IMG/VR virus record: IMGVR_UViG_3300020183_000248
Location: 1 to 35,052 of that record
Length of the DNA stretch: 35,052 nucleotides
Source of the DNA: a virus
Taxonomy: Duplodnaviria > Caudoviricetes
Direction: 5' to 3' (one strand)
The notes below the pieces were generated by a model. It was not told the DNA's origin and made no database searches. It saw nothing but the letters and a program-made list of their open reading frames with translations. Of this stretch, positions 25,748 through 34,477 are shown one piece after another (within the stretch, counting starts at the first letter, position 1; every line of letters begins with the position of its first letter). A program made the translations under genes and the position numbers.

Positions 25748-28536
25748 TGGCTTTTGATCCAGATGCTTATTTGTCGCAAAAACCTTCTGCTGGGTTTGAT
25801 CCAGATGCTTATTTAGGGCAAAAACCTTCCCGCGAAGCAGAAATTCCACCGTCTAATGAGCCAAAAAAGCAGACTTATGATTTGCTTGGTGGTATTAAGG
25901 AGGTTGGAAAAGCAGGGTTAACAGGTGGTTTAGCAGGCATTTTCACGCCAGAAATTGTCAAGGGTGCTGGATACGGCATGATGGCAATTCCTCAATTGCA
26001 GCGATTTGCACCGCCCGTCATTGAGGCTGGGAGGTCAATGAAAGGTCTAGCACCACGCGCCAAAGGCTCTGTTGCAGGCGGGATTGGCGGGACAATTGGA
26101 GAAACCGCTGGGCAAGCAGTAGAAGCCTATGGCGGCACACCTACGCAAGCAGAGGCTGCAAGGTTTGTTGGCGGGATGGCTGGCCCAGAAGCCCTATTCC
26201 AAGTTACAAGACCGTTTACCGCAGCAGGTGGTTATGGCCTTTCTTTATTGGCTAATAAGTTAGGCGTTCCTATAGGTACAACCGCAAGAACCATAGGGCA
26301 GATGCTGCAAGAAAAAGGTGTCACAGATGCCAATTTGACACAGCGTCAGCGCGAGTTTGTGCAGCAAAAGATTCAGTCAATTAGAGGTGGCGCAGAAACG
26401 ACGCAGCCCATGAAAGACATCATGAGCATGTTGCAGCAAGCCTCTCAAAAGATTATTCGTGATGCTGACGAACAGGCTAAAGGATTAGAGGCTGAAGGCC
26501 AGAAGTTAATAGCGCAAGCGCAGTTTGCTGGTGGCCGTATGACGCAAGATGCAATGATGCGCATCAGTAAGTTGCAGGGTCAGTTTAACGAAGCCGCTGA
26601 CCGTGTGCGAGAGCGAGCAAAAAAGCAAGGTGAATTTGTCATTGATCAAGCTAATGCAACTGCTAAAGAACTTCGTGATGCGGCTGCTAGCAAGGCCCCT
26701 GAAGTTCAAGCTGCAGCAAAAACTCAGGCCGATCAGATAATCGCTGCCGGAAGGAAACAGGCTGACGATTTGACTGCTCAAGCAAAGCAACAGTTGCAAC
26801 GATTGAGCGAAACAAGAGATAGTTTGCTTAAAAGCATTCCAGCAAGAAGAGAAGCGGCTGGGCAAGAGATTGGTGCTGTTGGTCAACGGGTAACGCCTAC
26901 AGACCTTGGAACGCAATTACGTGATCAGTTTTCCAAAGTTTTTGGTGAACTCAAGGCGGTACGCGAAGCTAATGTTAAAAAGTACAAAGACGAAGCATTT
27001 TCTGCTGCGTTAGCGAAAGAACAGGCAGGGACTCGATACAAGCAAATTCCTGAATTCGATAACATTATTCAAGAAATTACTGATGAGATTGTTGACCCGC
27101 AAACAGGTCTTGCTAGAGCGATACCAGAGCAACGCGATCAGTTAACAAAAGTAAGAGATTTACTTGTCAGAGGTATTGGACGTAAAGACCCTCAGACAGA
27201 TCAAATCAAATATCAACCATTAAGTTTTAATGGCTTGGAAACCTTAAGAAGGCAGTTGCGTGATCGAGCGTCTGGCTTGCCAGCAGAAGGTTACGATGCA
27301 ATCAACCAGCAGCAAGCGAGAAGGCTTGCCGAGCGTGTTGAAAAGATCATGGAAGACTTTTCTCCAGGTTTAAGAAAGTATCTTGATCAGTATCGACAAG
27401 ACAGTCAGCCATTAAATCAGTTCAAGAACAAACTTGGCAAAGCAATGGTTGGTGTAGAAGATTTTGACTTCTCTCAATTCGTTACTGACCCGTCAAAACT
27501 TGCTGGTGCTGCATTTAGTTCTGCAAGCACGGTGCGACAGCTCATCAACACCATTGGCGAGCAACCGTCTGAACAGTTTGCACGTTCTTTTCTTGCTGAC
27601 CGCATTCGAGGTGGCACAGCGAAAGATGTGCAAAAAGCTATTGATGACAGTCGAGATTGGATTGGCATCTTTCCTACGTTGCAGAATCAATTGGTGCAGG
27701 CTGCAAGAAATGTTGGCATTGAAGAGCGTGTAATAGGAAAGAGAGAGTCATTAGCCAAGGCGTTGCGTACCAAAATGGGTACGTTCCCTGAGCGTTTTGG
27801 TCAGATTGGGCCTGCTGCGAAAAGAGCGGAAGAAACTGCACTAAGAGAAGCGCAAAGAGCAGAGTCTGAGGGGGAAAAGGCTGCGAAAGGTCTTTTGTCT
27901 GAAGCAAAAGAAGCCGCAGGAAAAGTTGAGTCAGAAGCCTTGACTAAAGCAGGAGATATTGCAAAAGGAACAGAAAAGCAAGTCCGCCAATCCGCTAAAT
28001 CCGTTGCAAGGCAAGCTGGAAGAATTGAAGAAGAAGCTAAAACAGCGGGTGGAAAAGGTTTGACAGAAGCAGGGGAAGCCGCTGGGGAATTAACAAAAGA
28101 GGCCGCTGGCGTTCGTCAGTCGGCAGAGCAAAAAGTCAAAGTAATTCTCGGTGGTCAGACACCCGTTGAAAGGGTAAGAGACTTCTTGCTTGGTGCTAAG
28201 GCTGAGGAATGGGCGCAGATCAGTCCTATCATCAAATCCACGCCTGGAGGTCAGCAGCGACTTGCTGATGCGGTGAGTCAGGTTATTGCTAACCGTGCCG
28301 AGCAAAGCCTTAAAGGTGCCATTGCCGACATGAAGCTCATGCGAGAGAAACTTGTTGACAATGGTCTAATGTCCCAGGCAGATGCCGATAAGATCGTTGA
28401 TCGCCTGCAAGAAATATTTGTTACGCCAATGGCAGAGAAGGCTCGCATTACGATGGCACAGCGCATGATTAGAAATGCGATTGCAAGTTATGCAGCCCCT
28501 GGTGTTCAGCGCGGTGTTAGCGCATTGATGGAATAG
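25747..28536 (+). CDS. Large internal virion/ejection protein (929 aa)
   Basis: FDPDAYL x2 at the N-terminus, Gly-rich hydrophobic region, long Ala/Gln/Lys helices. Confidence 0.68.
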   Translation: MAFDPDAYLSQKPSAGFDPDAYLGQKPSREAEIPPSNEPKKQTYDLLGGIKEVGKAGLTGGLAGIFTPEIVKGAGYGMMAIPQLQRFAPPVIEAGRSMKGLAPRAKGSVAGGIGGTIGETAGQAVEAYGGTPTQAEAARFVGGMAGPEALFQVTRPFTAAGGYGLSLLANKLGVPIGTTARTIGQMLQEKGVTDANLTQRQREFVQQKIQSIRGGAETTQPMKDIMSMLQQASQKIIRDADEQAKGLEAEGQKLIAQAQFAGGRMTQDAMMRISKLQGQFNEAADRVRERAKKQGEFVIDQANATAKELRDAAASKAPEVQAAAKTQADQIIAAGRKQADDLTAQAKQQLQRLSETRDSLLKSIPARREAAGQEIGAVGQRVTPTDLGTQLRDQFSKVFGELKAVREANVKKYKDEAFSAALAKEQAGTRYKQIPEFDNIIQEITDEIVDPQTGLARAIPEQRDQLTKVRDLLVRGIGRKDPQTDQIKYQPLSFNGLETLRRQLRDRASGLPAEGYDAINQQQARRLAERVEKIMEDFSPGLRKYLDQYRQDSQPLNQFKNKLGKAMVGVEDFDFSQFVTDPSKLAGAAFSSASTVRQLINTIGEQPSEQFARSFLADRIRGGTAKDVQKAIDDSRDWIGIFPTLQNQLVQAARNVGIEERVIGKRESLAKALRTKMGTFPERFGQIGPAAKRAEETALREAQRAESEGEKAAKGLLSEAKEAAGKVESEALTKAGDIAKGTEKQVRQSAKSVARQAGRIEEEAKTAGGKGLTEAGEAAGELTKEAAGVRQSAEQKVKVILGGQTPVERVRDFLLGAKAEEWAQISPIIKSTPGGQQRLADAVSQVIANRAEQSLKGAIADMKLMREKLVDNGLMSQADADKIVDRLQEIFVTPMAEKARITMAQRMIRNAIASYAAPGVQRGVSALME

Positions 28537-28538
28537 TT

Positions 28539-28745
28539 ATGAGTCGAAAGAAAAGCGGCATCAATCCAGCACTAGAGTCGGCGATTGCCAAACTCTTGAA
28601 AGATGTCATGGATGATCCGGCAGCATCATTGACAGATAAGTCGAGAGTGATTGACCGTGCGTTGAAGTTAGAAGCGATACGGTTGAAGGCTACATCTGAA
28701 GATTGGGGTAGTGGGTTTCTTGATGGTGATGACGATGAGTCATAG
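28539..28745 (+). CDS. Small helical protein (68 aa), possible terminase small subunit
   Basis: Two amphipathic helices with an acidic tail; the function is inference only. Confidence 0.55.
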   Translation: MSRKKSGINPALESAIAKLLKDVMDDPAASLTDKSRVIDRALKLEAIRLKATSEDWGSGFLDGDDDES

Positions 28746-28748
28746 AAT
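28720..28748 (+). promoter_or_regulatory. Sigma70-type promoter
   Basis: TTGATG-N17-TAGAAT, 32 nt upstream of the ATG at 28781. Confidence 0.6.
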
Positions 28749-28780
28749 AGTGCTTGCAATATCACCAATAGGGGCTAATC

Positions 28781-29032
28781 ATGACTTCACCAATCACCAT
28801 CATCAGGGTGGCTATCGGCGTTTTAACAGACAGGATTCTTACCGTACTTGCTTTAGCGATGTCCTTTTCGCTCTTTTGCTGGGCCATGTGGGGACCAGTG
28901 ATTGAAAGGATTGTGATCGCAACAGGTTTTGCACTGCTGGTGTTTTTGCCAGCGCTCATCAAGGAGAAGCAACGTGATTCAACTCAAAGTCAGCAAGCAA
29001 GTGATCCAAGTGGGGAGCATGGAGCACCGTAA
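28781..29032 (+). CDS. Two-TM membrane protein (holin-like)
   Basis: Two hydrophobic helices and a polar tail; AGGGG SD. Confidence 0.7.
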   Translation: MTSPITIIRVAIGVLTDRILTVLALAMSFSLFCWAMWGPVIERIVIATGFALLVFLPALIKEKQRDSTQSQQASDPSGEHGAP

Positions 29033-29144
29033 GCCAGCCCTCCCCACATTCCCGCTGATGAAGCAGAAGTACACAGCACCAGGAGTGCCATGCTACGGCA
29101 CCATGACTGCTGCCGAGCAATGGGGAAAAAAAGATGGCAAATAA
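28974..29144 (+). CDS. Hypothetical protein (56 aa)
   Basis: GTG start with AAGGAG SD; overlaps both neighbours. Confidence 0.6.
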   Translation: MIQLKVSKQVIQVGSMEHRKPALPTFPLMKQKYTAPGVPCYGTMTAAEQWGKKDGK

Positions 29145-29478
29145 TATTGCGTTTCAACCGATGGGCAAGACCTATCGATTGAATCTCACAACATCATCTG
29201 CTGAGTTGGCAATCAATGCTTACACGCCTTGCAATCAAGTGCGTGTGCATAACGGCACAGCAGCAGAAGTTGCGGTTCGGTTCTCTCAAACGACCGGTGC
29301 AGCAGCGGCATTTCCCGTATCAGGAACGCCATCAGATTCTGTAATCATTCACAACAATCAAACAGAAGTGTTCACCGTGCCACAAGCGTCAATTACTGCA
29401 CAGTCAACGCTTTATGTATCTGGCATTGTTGGTAGTGGAACAGGGTATATCTACATTACTCCAGGCGAGGGTTTGTAA
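29134..29478 (+). CDS. Small beta-rich protein, probably virion-associated
   Basis: C-terminal YITPGEGL; beta-strand pattern. Confidence 0.7.
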   Translation: MANNIAFQPMGKTYRLNLTTSSAELAINAYTPCNQVRVHNGTAAEVAVRFSQTTGAAAAFPVSGTPSDSVIIHNNQTEVFTVPQASITAQSTLYVSGIVGSGTGYIYITPGEGL

Positions 29479-29651
29479 TGGAAATCTCGCTATCAGTTGT
29501 CTTGCAAGCCTTGATAGGCGCAGGTGCTGGTGCTTTTGGTGCTTATGTGGCGATCCGTTCTGATCTTGCAGAACTTAAGGCTAGGGTTGAAGTGCTGCAT
29601 AGTGCAACAGATAAGGCGCATTCGCGCATTGATCAAATCCTTAATAAGTAA
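29478..29651 (+). CDS. Single-TM plus coiled-coil protein (57 aa), holin/antiholin-like
   Basis: Read manually: MEISLSVVLQALIGAGAGAFGAYVAIRSDLAELKARVE...KAHSRIDQILNK. TAATG overlaps at both ends. Confidence 0.75.
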   Translation: MEISLSVVLQALIGAGAGAFGAYVAIRSDLAELKARVEVLHSATDKAHSRIDQILNK

Positions 29652-30130
29652 TGTTTGATCTGCTTTCAGGTGGCTTGTTAGGTTCTATCTTTGGTGGCCT
29701 ATTCAGGTTAGCACCAGAAATCTTAAAACTTCTCGATAAGGCTAATGAGCGTAAGCATGAGTTAGCCATGTTCCAATTACAGACTGATCTTGAGAAACTT
29801 AAAGGTCAGTACAGGATGGAGGAGAAGTATGTTGACTACAGTGAGCAACAACTTGATACCATCAAAGCGGCCTTGCAGGAGCAGAGTCAGACGGCTCAGT
29901 CAGCAGGTTGGTTTGTTGCTGGCATTTCTGCGTTGGTTCGTCCTGGGATCACCTGGGCAATATTCAGTATGTACGCTGCCGTCAAAGCGGCTGCGATTAC
30001 TCTTGCGTTTCAAAGCGATGCGTCATGGGCAGAGGTCTTGACAAAGACTTGGGATGAAGATGACTTTGGACTCTTCACCATGATTCTCACATTTTGGTTT
30101 GTTGGCAGAAGCATCGAGAAGTACAAGTGA
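29651..30130 (+). CDS. Putative holin (3-TM GTA-holin-like)
   Basis: ALVRPGITW and ILTFWFVGRSIEK motifs; directly precedes the lysozyme. Confidence 0.72.
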   Translation: MFDLLSGGLLGSIFGGLFRLAPEILKLLDKANERKHELAMFQLQTDLEKLKGQYRMEEKYVDYSEQQLDTIKAALQEQSQTAQSAGWFVAGISALVRPGITWAIFSMYAAVKAAAITLAFQSDASWAEVLTKTWDEDDFGLFTMILTFWFVGRSIEKYK

Positions 30131-30594
30131 ATGAGGCGCTTGAGCTTGCCATCAATGTGCTTATCAAGCCCTTTGAAGGCTATGCTCGAAAGATGCCTGA
30201 TGGTGGTTGCTGTGCTTATCCTGACCCCGCTACTGGTGGCGACCCTTGGACTATTGGTTTTGGTAGCACTGGCAGTGATATTCGCCAACATACTGTCTGG
30301 ACAAAAGAACAAGCTGAAGATGCCCTTCAGGCGCATGTCAGGTACTTCGTATCCGGATTGGTAAAACTCTCACCGAGGCTTCTTTCTGCAAGCCCTAGAC
30401 GTATTGCCGCGGTGATCAGTTGGGCGTATAACCTTGGTCTAGGCAACTACCGCATCAGCACGTTTAAGAAGCGTATAGACGCATCTGATTGGTCTAGTGC
30501 AGCAGAGGAGTGCCTGAAGTGGAATAAAGCGGCAGGAAGGGTGCTTCCTGGACTTACAAGGCGCAGACAGGCAGAAAGCATGATGATGAGGTAA
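30127..30594 (+). CDS. Endolysin, GH24 phage lysozyme
   Basis: FEG...AYPD...WTIGFG, AYNLG, KWNKAAGRVLPGLTRRRQAE; GTG start at 30127. Confidence 0.93.
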   Translation: MNEALELAINVLIKPFEGYARKMPDGGCCAYPDPATGGDPWTIGFGSTGSDIRQHTVWTKEQAEDALQAHVRYFVSGLVKLSPRLLSASPRRIAAVISWAYNLGLGNYRISTFKKRIDASDWSSAAEECLKWNKAAGRVLPGLTRRRQAESMMMR

Positions 30595-30596
30595 GC

Positions 30597-30845
30597 ATGG
30601 CTAAAGGAACGAATCTGAGCGTTGGAAGGGGAGAGAAACTCTCTGTCAGCAAAGGTGCTGGACTGACTGCCAAGGGTAGGGCTAAGTACAACCGTGCCAC
30701 GGGAAGCAAACTCAAAGCACCAACGAAAGACAAAAGCAATCCAAGGCATAAGTCCTTTTGTGCTCGAATGAAGGGTGTTGTTCGAAAATCTAAAGGCCCT
30801 GCAACTAGGGCGAGAGCTTCTTTGAAGCGATGGGGGTGTCGATGA
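30597..30845 (+). CDS. Small basic phage protein (GLTAKGR...KSFCARM...SLKRWGC; DUF6321-like)
   Basis: Recognisable motif set; GAGG SD. Confidence 0.8.
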   Translation: MAKGTNLSVGRGEKLSVSKGAGLTAKGRAKYNRATGSKLKAPTKDKSNPRHKSFCARMKGVVRKSKGPATRARASLKRWGCR

Positions 30846-30982
30846 AAAAGGGTCTTTACTACAACATCAATAAGCGCAGGCGTTTAGGCTTGCCAGCTAA
30901 GAAGCCAGGACAGAAGGGTTATCCGACCAGAGAGGCTTTTATTCAATCGGCAAAGACTGCCAAAAGAAAACCCCGACGCTAG
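30842..30982 (+). CDS. Small basic protein (46 aa) MKKGLYYNINKRRRLGLPAKKPGQKGYPTREAFIQSAKTAKRKPRR
   Basis: Read manually; ATGA overlap; GLYxNI...SAKTAK motif. Confidence 0.75.
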   Translation: MKKGLYYNINKRRRLGLPAKKPGQKGYPTREAFIQSAKTAKRKPRR

Positions 30983-30990
30983 GTCGGGGA
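30962..30990 (-). terminator. Rho-independent terminator at the convergence of the two arms
   Basis: CCCCGAC-CTAGC-GTCGGGG followed by TTTTCTTTT on the minus strand. Confidence 0.8.
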
Positions 30991-31068
30991 AAGAGGATAC
31001 AGCTTCAGTGAGGCTATCTGCTTGCGGTTGCCTCAACCGCTAACCTACTGGCAGACTCAGCGGAGACA

Positions 31069-31386
31069 CTAGAGTTCATTCTGGAGTAGTTTGATCGCAT
31101 CGTCAAGGCGCATGATGCAAAGTGATTCTTCTCCATCTGCTCGGCATACCACCACCGGTGTCTGGCCTGTCGCTGCTGCACTTGTCTTAGCTTGCTGCAT
31201 CCATTCGTAAACACCAATCTTTCTCCTTCGCTTGCATTCGATCATAAATGGCCCTAGATCGATGTCAGAGCCACCATCCCTTGCTTGACCAAGGACACGG
31301 ATTACTTTGGTTCCCAGGCGCTCTGAAAGCGTTTTACAGACCTCTCGCTCATAAGCAGCACCACGGTCTTTTGCCAGTTTGCTCAA
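31069..31386 (-). CDS. PD-(D/E)XK nuclease, Holliday junction resolvase-like
   Basis: GAAYEREV...GGSDI...IECKRR. Confidence 0.85.
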   Translation of the reverse strand: MSKLAKDRGAAYEREVCKTLSERLGTKVIRVLGQARDGGSDIDLGPFMIECKRRRKIGVYEWMQQAKTSAAATGQTPVVVCRADGEESLCIMRLDDAIKLLQNEL

Positions 31387-31586
31387 AAGTGGGTGCTCCT
31401 TAATAACCGATAGGCATGTCCACGGATTTCATTGTTGACGGCATAGCCAAAGATGTCTGGATCACATAAGGCTTGGAGGAAGTCATCACGTTGCCTAAGC
31501 ATGTGCTCAAGCCTTGCACAGTGGCTTCTGAGTTCCTCATTGAGTGCTCGGAGTGTTTTCACACGCTCATCATCCACTGTGTTCAT
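31383..31586 (-). CDS. Hypothetical coiled-coil protein
   Basis: Tight packing; LCDPDIFGYAV motif. Confidence 0.75.
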   Translation of the reverse strand: MNTVDDERVKTLRALNEELRSHCARLEHMLRQRDDFLQALCDPDIFGYAVNNEIRGHAYRLLRSTHF

Positions 31587-31790
31587 TTAGCTCACCTTCT
31601 TGAGTCTAATGGGCACTTGCCTGTCATCAGCAAAGACTTCATGGGTCGAGAACCGGAACCCACAGACGTTGCACTTACGTCTGCGAAAGTTCCAGTAAAA
31701 CGCTGGATCGCTTTCCAAGAAGAATTGCCGAGTCTCAAGCACGATGGTTTGGTTATCCTCTTGCTTAGAGTGACACTTTGGACATTTCAT
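31587..31790 (-). CDS. NrdR-N-like zinc-ribbon protein
   Basis: MKCPKC...VLETR...RRRKCNVCGFRFSTHE; ATP-cone absent; start at 31790. Confidence 0.8.
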   Translation of the reverse strand: MKCPKCHSKQEDNQTIVLETRQFFLESDPAFYWNFRRRKCNVCGFRFSTHEVFADDRQVPIRLKKVS

Positions 31791-31977
31791 CTTCCCACTT
31801 CTCCTTGGTCTTGCTCTCCAGCATGGCGATTGCCATCCTGTAAGCCTCATCAGCCACGGTGGTATGTGGTGATGCCGTGAGAGAACCTCGCATGATCATG
31901 GCTTGCATAGCCAGCCCTGCAAAGAAGTCAAGTCTTGTTGTAGGATCAGAAAGGGATGTCTGAGTCATCTTTGCCAT
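31765..31977 (-). CDS. Small phage protein (RxDxFAxxAMQA...AYxMAxAML type)
   Basis: Motif recognisable. Confidence 0.75.
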   Translation of the reverse strand: MAKMTQTSLSDPTTRLDFFAGLAMQAMIMRGSLTASPHTTVADEAYRMAIAMLESKTKEKWEDEMSKVSL

Positions 31978-32242
31978 AGGTCACCTCTTTAGCAGGCTTG
32001 GGTTGATAGGGTTTGCGATAGTTTGGGTCTTTGACAAAGGAATCTTCTGTAAGCCTGATGAGCAGGCCATAGTTGGTTTGCTTTCCCCATGCTGCAATTT
32101 TGAAACGATCACCGGGCTTGAAAGTAACTTCTCGATCAAAGACATACTCACCCTTAAAATTTGGTGCTTTGCTGCCTTCTGGTACTTCTTTAGAAAGCAA
32201 TGCGCCTGATCCAGGTTCAAGCGACTTAAGAAATTCAGACAT
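31946..32242 (-). CDS. Putative single-stranded DNA-binding protein
   Basis: GSGALL...KAPNFKG...IAAW plus SSB-like acidic C-terminus DDSDIPF; sits in the recombination module. Confidence 0.7.
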   Translation of the reverse strand: MSEFLKSLEPGSGALLSKEVPEGSKAPNFKGEYVFDREVTFKPGDRFKIAAWGKQTNYGLLIRLTEDSFVKDPNYRKPYQPKPAKEVTYGKDDSDIPF

Positions 32243-32441
32243 CTTCGTTTCCTTTGAATAAGTAATATTGCGCTACCGTTTTCTGTCCCGCACGGTATTC
32301 ACGGGTGATGATGTTGTGACCTTGTCTGCGAAGTTCCTCTACCCTGGCAGCAAGCCGAAAGCACCCTAGATGGTTCAGTGCTTCCAGTGCCGTAATGGGA
32401 CGGCGTTGCAGCCAATCCAAAACGGCCTCTGTCTGCGTCAT
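32235..32441 (-). CDS. Winged helix-turn-helix protein
   Basis: ITALEAL..LGCFRLAARVEELRRQGHNI. Confidence 0.85.
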   Translation of the reverse strand: MTQTEAVLDWLQRRPITALEALNHLGCFRLAARVEELRRQGHNIITREYRAGQKTVAQYYLFKGNEDV

Positions 32442-33271
32442 ACGTCCACTACCAGGGTGTCTACTTTTGGGAGGAATAGTTCTTCACAGTGCGTTTCTTG
32501 AACTCGCCTAATGAAGCGCTCTTTTGCATCCCCGACAAACTGATCGTAGATTGATTCATTCGCGAGAAAGAAGTCGCGAAGTTTCTGATTCTTCGCCTCC
32601 GTGTCCAACTTCTTGTTGCTTGCAATCCTGCCGATCATCCCAAAGAACCCTGCCTGCCATTCCTCTTCATCGTCAAAAGAGTCATGCACTGCACCGTTTG
32701 GAAGCATCAGCTTGAAAGCACCTTCCTTGGCCTCAATGACCGTATCAATCGGTGGCAAAGGCGTAACAGGCGGCAGGTCAACCTTGTGATACTGGTTGCT
32801 AGGAATCGTGTCCAGTTCAGTCTCATCGAGCATCCCCAATCCACAGTGGCCCAAGACAGTGCGTCGAATGGCTTTAGTTGTTGCCTTCATGAAGGCGTTG
32901 CAGAGTTTTTCTCCTGAAAGACCTTCAGTTGGTACTGCTCCTTGATTCTCTGTAAATCTTCCATCCTTGCCAGTGACTCGGACAGATACCACATAGACAC
33001 CATCAAATCGTTCTTTTGAAATAATAGAAGTGGACAATCCATGCACAGAGGCAAGTTGCTGTGTGCATCCTGCGTTTGCATACAGCACCTTTTTTCCATT
33101 AAGTAATAGTAAATTGAACGGCTGTGCTGACGAATCGAGCCCAACTTGCTGGCACCGGTAGTTGTAGTAACTCGTAAGCTGGCCTTCTTTGAGTCCACTC
33201 AAGTCTCCACGAAGAACGATTGAATCGATGATCGACTGATCAAGTTTTGTTGGATCGACTAAATTACTCAT
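32438..33271 (-). CDS. Single-strand annealing protein (Bet/RecT-like recombinase)
   Basis: GDLSGL...CQQVGLD...LY, NAFMKATTKAIRR...GLGMLDETE; near the YqaJ gene. Confidence 0.75.
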   Translation of the reverse strand: MSNLVDPTKLDQSIIDSIVLRGDLSGLKEGQLTSYYNYRCQQVGLDSSAQPFNLLLLNGKKVLYANAGCTQQLASVHGLSTSIISKERFDGVYVVSVRVTGKDGRFTENQGAVPTEGLSGEKLCNAFMKATTKAIRRTVLGHCGLGMLDETELDTIPSNQYHKVDLPPVTPLPPIDTVIEAKEGAFKLMLPNGAVHDSFDDEEEWQAGFFGMIGRIASNKKLDTEAKNQKLRDFFLANESIYDQFVGDAKERFIRRVQETHCEELFLPKVDTLVVDV

Positions 33272-33539
33272 GAATGTTCCTCATGATTTCTTCCATAAAT
33301 ACCGATACTTTGTCTTTGGTTCTTGGGTTCAAGATAAAGCCACCGCTTGTAGAAACAACCATTGTTTTCTCTGGATTTACTTGGTCGATATTGTTCCAAA
33401 GCAATTTACCTTCGATGCAGAACTTCCCAAATTCAATGGCAGTTTCTTGTGATTCGCAAGAACGCAAAAGACGAACGATGTCTTGATCAGTAAATCCAAC
33501 CTCTATCATTGCATCCATAACGTCAATGAAATCTTTCAT
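33264..33539 (-). CDS. Hypothetical protein (91 aa, AT-richer)
   Basis: Overlaps both neighbours. Confidence 0.65.
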   Translation of the reverse strand: MKDFIDVMDAMIEVGFTDQDIVRLLRSCESQETAIEFGKFCIEGKLLWNNIDQVNPEKTMVVSTSGGFILNPRTKDKVSVFMEEIMRNIHE

Positions 33540-34477
33540 TTAAGTAAAAACCTCCTTGATCCAGGTTGTTCTCTTTGAAAGCGGTGGTAAACCTCTGGCA
33601 TTTCTCGCTGCAAGGCTGTTGAATCAAACCGAACAGACCCTTTGGCTTGATTCCAAGTTGCAAGCACTCGACCGTCAAAGGTAAGCAGAGTCCCTGCTTC
33701 ACGCATCGTCGCTTGAATCTCTGCTTGCAGTTTGCTTTCCTCTTCTTCATAGCGCTTTAGATGCGCTTTAAGCTCCTTCAGGCGCGTGCAAGCATCTTCT
33801 AAAGACTGATTAGCCATCGTGGCCTGTCCATTGCTTGTAGGCCATAATTTGCGAGCAGACTCTGGTGTATCAGGGGTTGGTGGTGTTCTGGTCTGGATCA
33901 AACCCCATAGCTCGGCTTCTGTCTTAATTAGCTCTTCCATTTCTTGCTCAGGAATAGCTTGATCAAAAGTGACTAGTTCCTGGCCTCCAAAGAGCACAGC
34001 CAGTATGACTCGATTGACACCATGCACTGCTGCTTCATGGATGCACTGAGCACGGTCTGCCAAGGGCATAAGCGTTTCATCAAACTGGTTGCGTTTAGAT
34101 TGGTTGTAGTTCTTCACTTCGATGAGCGTCTTGCCATCCTCGCTGATGAAATCAAAGTGAGACTTCATGAAGGAGTGCTTCTTGTGCTGAAGTTCGTAGT
34201 CAGCTTCTTTGATGTTGAGTTTTAGCCGGTGAGAGACTTCTCGGCCAATCACGTCTTGCAGTTTCAGTCCCCACTGCACTGCTTCGATGTGGCTTATGTC
34301 TTCACGTTCAGTCTGCCCGATCTTCTCGAGGTAGACCTCACAAGACTTACCGTCAGCGATCTTTCTGGCATCTGTTGCCCAGATTGCTGATCGTCTGTTG
34401 GTTGAAGAGAAATCTTGCAAGGGTTGGTTTAATGTCAGTTTTGTCAGTTCTGCTTCAGTAAGTACAGGTAAGATCAC
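33536..34477 (-). CDS. YqaJ / lambda-exonuclease-like protein
   Basis: VYLEKIG, WGLKLQ, SHFDF, LIEVK, QCIH, AVLFGG, C-terminal SRRF. Likely GTG start at 34477 with GGAG SD. Confidence 0.88.
   Translation of the reverse strand: MILPVLTEAELTKLTLNQPLQDFSSTNRRSAIWATDARKIADGKSCEVYLEKIGQTEREDISHIEAVQWGLKLQDVIGREVSHRLKLNIKEADYELQHKKHSFMKSHFDFISEDGKTLIEVKNYNQSKRNQFDETLMPLADRAQCIHEAAVHGVNRVILAVLFGGQELVTFDQAIPEQEMEELIKTEAELWGLIQTRTPPTPDTPESARKLWPTSNGQATMANQSLEDACTRLKELKAHLKRYEEEESKLQAEIQATMREAGTLLTFDGRVLATWNQAKGSVRFDSTALQREMPEVYHRFQREQPGSRRFLLK

Noticed and set aside
31587-31790. Calling this gene nrdR
   Set aside because: Only the Zn-ribbon is present and the ATP-cone is missing.
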